In this document: positions 63,813 through 64,000 of the stretch, piece by piece
Layout: every line of letters starts with the position of its first letter
Numbering within the stretch: the first letter of the stretch is position 1
Assembly (NCBI GenBank): GCA_021129775.1
Contig: JAJOKP010000067.1
Span: forward strand, 2,794 to 66,793
Reading direction: 5' to 3'
Length of the DNA stretch: 64,000 nt
Source of the DNA: Clostridiales bacterium
GTDB taxonomy: Bacteria > Bacillota > Clostridia > Peptostreptococcales > NVVX01
Translations under genes and position numbers: made by a program
The notes under the pieces: generated by a model
The model's database searches: none
The model's input: only the letters and a program-made list of their open reading frames with translations
What the model was told of the DNA's origin: nothing

Positions 63813-64000
63813 ATGAGTAAAATAACTGTAATAGGTTCATTTGTTATGGATTTGATCGGGATTGTAAACGAGTTTCCATTAGCAGGACAGACTGTTATAG
63901 GGAAAAGCATGAAGACTTTTCATGGTGGGAAAGGAGCTAACCAAGCTGTAAGTGCTGCTCGTTTAGGTGGAAAAGTCAGCATGGTTGGCATGGTGGGCAA
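63813..64000 (+). CDS. Ribokinase/PfkB-family kinase (runs off the window)
   Basis: ITVIGSFVMD..P..GQTV..GGKGANQAV.AARLG. Confidence 0.85.
   Translation, partial: MSKITVIGSFVMDLIGIVNEFPLAGQTVIGKSMKTFHGGKGANQAVSAARLGGKVSMVGMVG

Overview
Low-GC, probably spore-forming Firmicutes (Clostridia-like) chromosome segment. In order it carries: a GntR-regulated flavoprotein operon (GlpA/LhgO-like, pyridine-nucleotide oxidoreductase, DUF1667, alkyl-DHAP-synthase-like); MntA/HepT and VapBC toxin-antitoxin pairs; pdxST; a glycogen operon (glgB-C-D-A-P plus a GH13); dapG; a PAS-GGDEF-HD-GYP gene and trkAH. A mobile and decayed zone follows (about 29.3-43.8 kb), then a beta-CASP RNase, an MFS, a selenium-dependent Mo-hydroxylase cluster, and an IclR-TRAP-aldolase-SIS-kinase sugar-acid cluster. 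The main unexplained signals are five. (1) A three-level nest: a group IIC intron sits in a 114-bp IS200/IS605-type miniature element, which sits in an IS110 transposase; removing 29953-31980 restores the IS110 frame exactly. (2) A RAYT-like HUH transposase is tightly bounded by perfect 24-bp inverted repeats with stuttered GGGTCA ends, and has a 72-bp non-autonomous copy 13 kb away. (3) Between those two copies lies a chain of deleted and fused gene fragments. (4) Several small palindromic repeat families are present, one inserted in-frame inside mocA. (5) There is a candidate Kdo/D-arabinose scavenging pathway. All calls come from motif recognition by eye; no searches were run.
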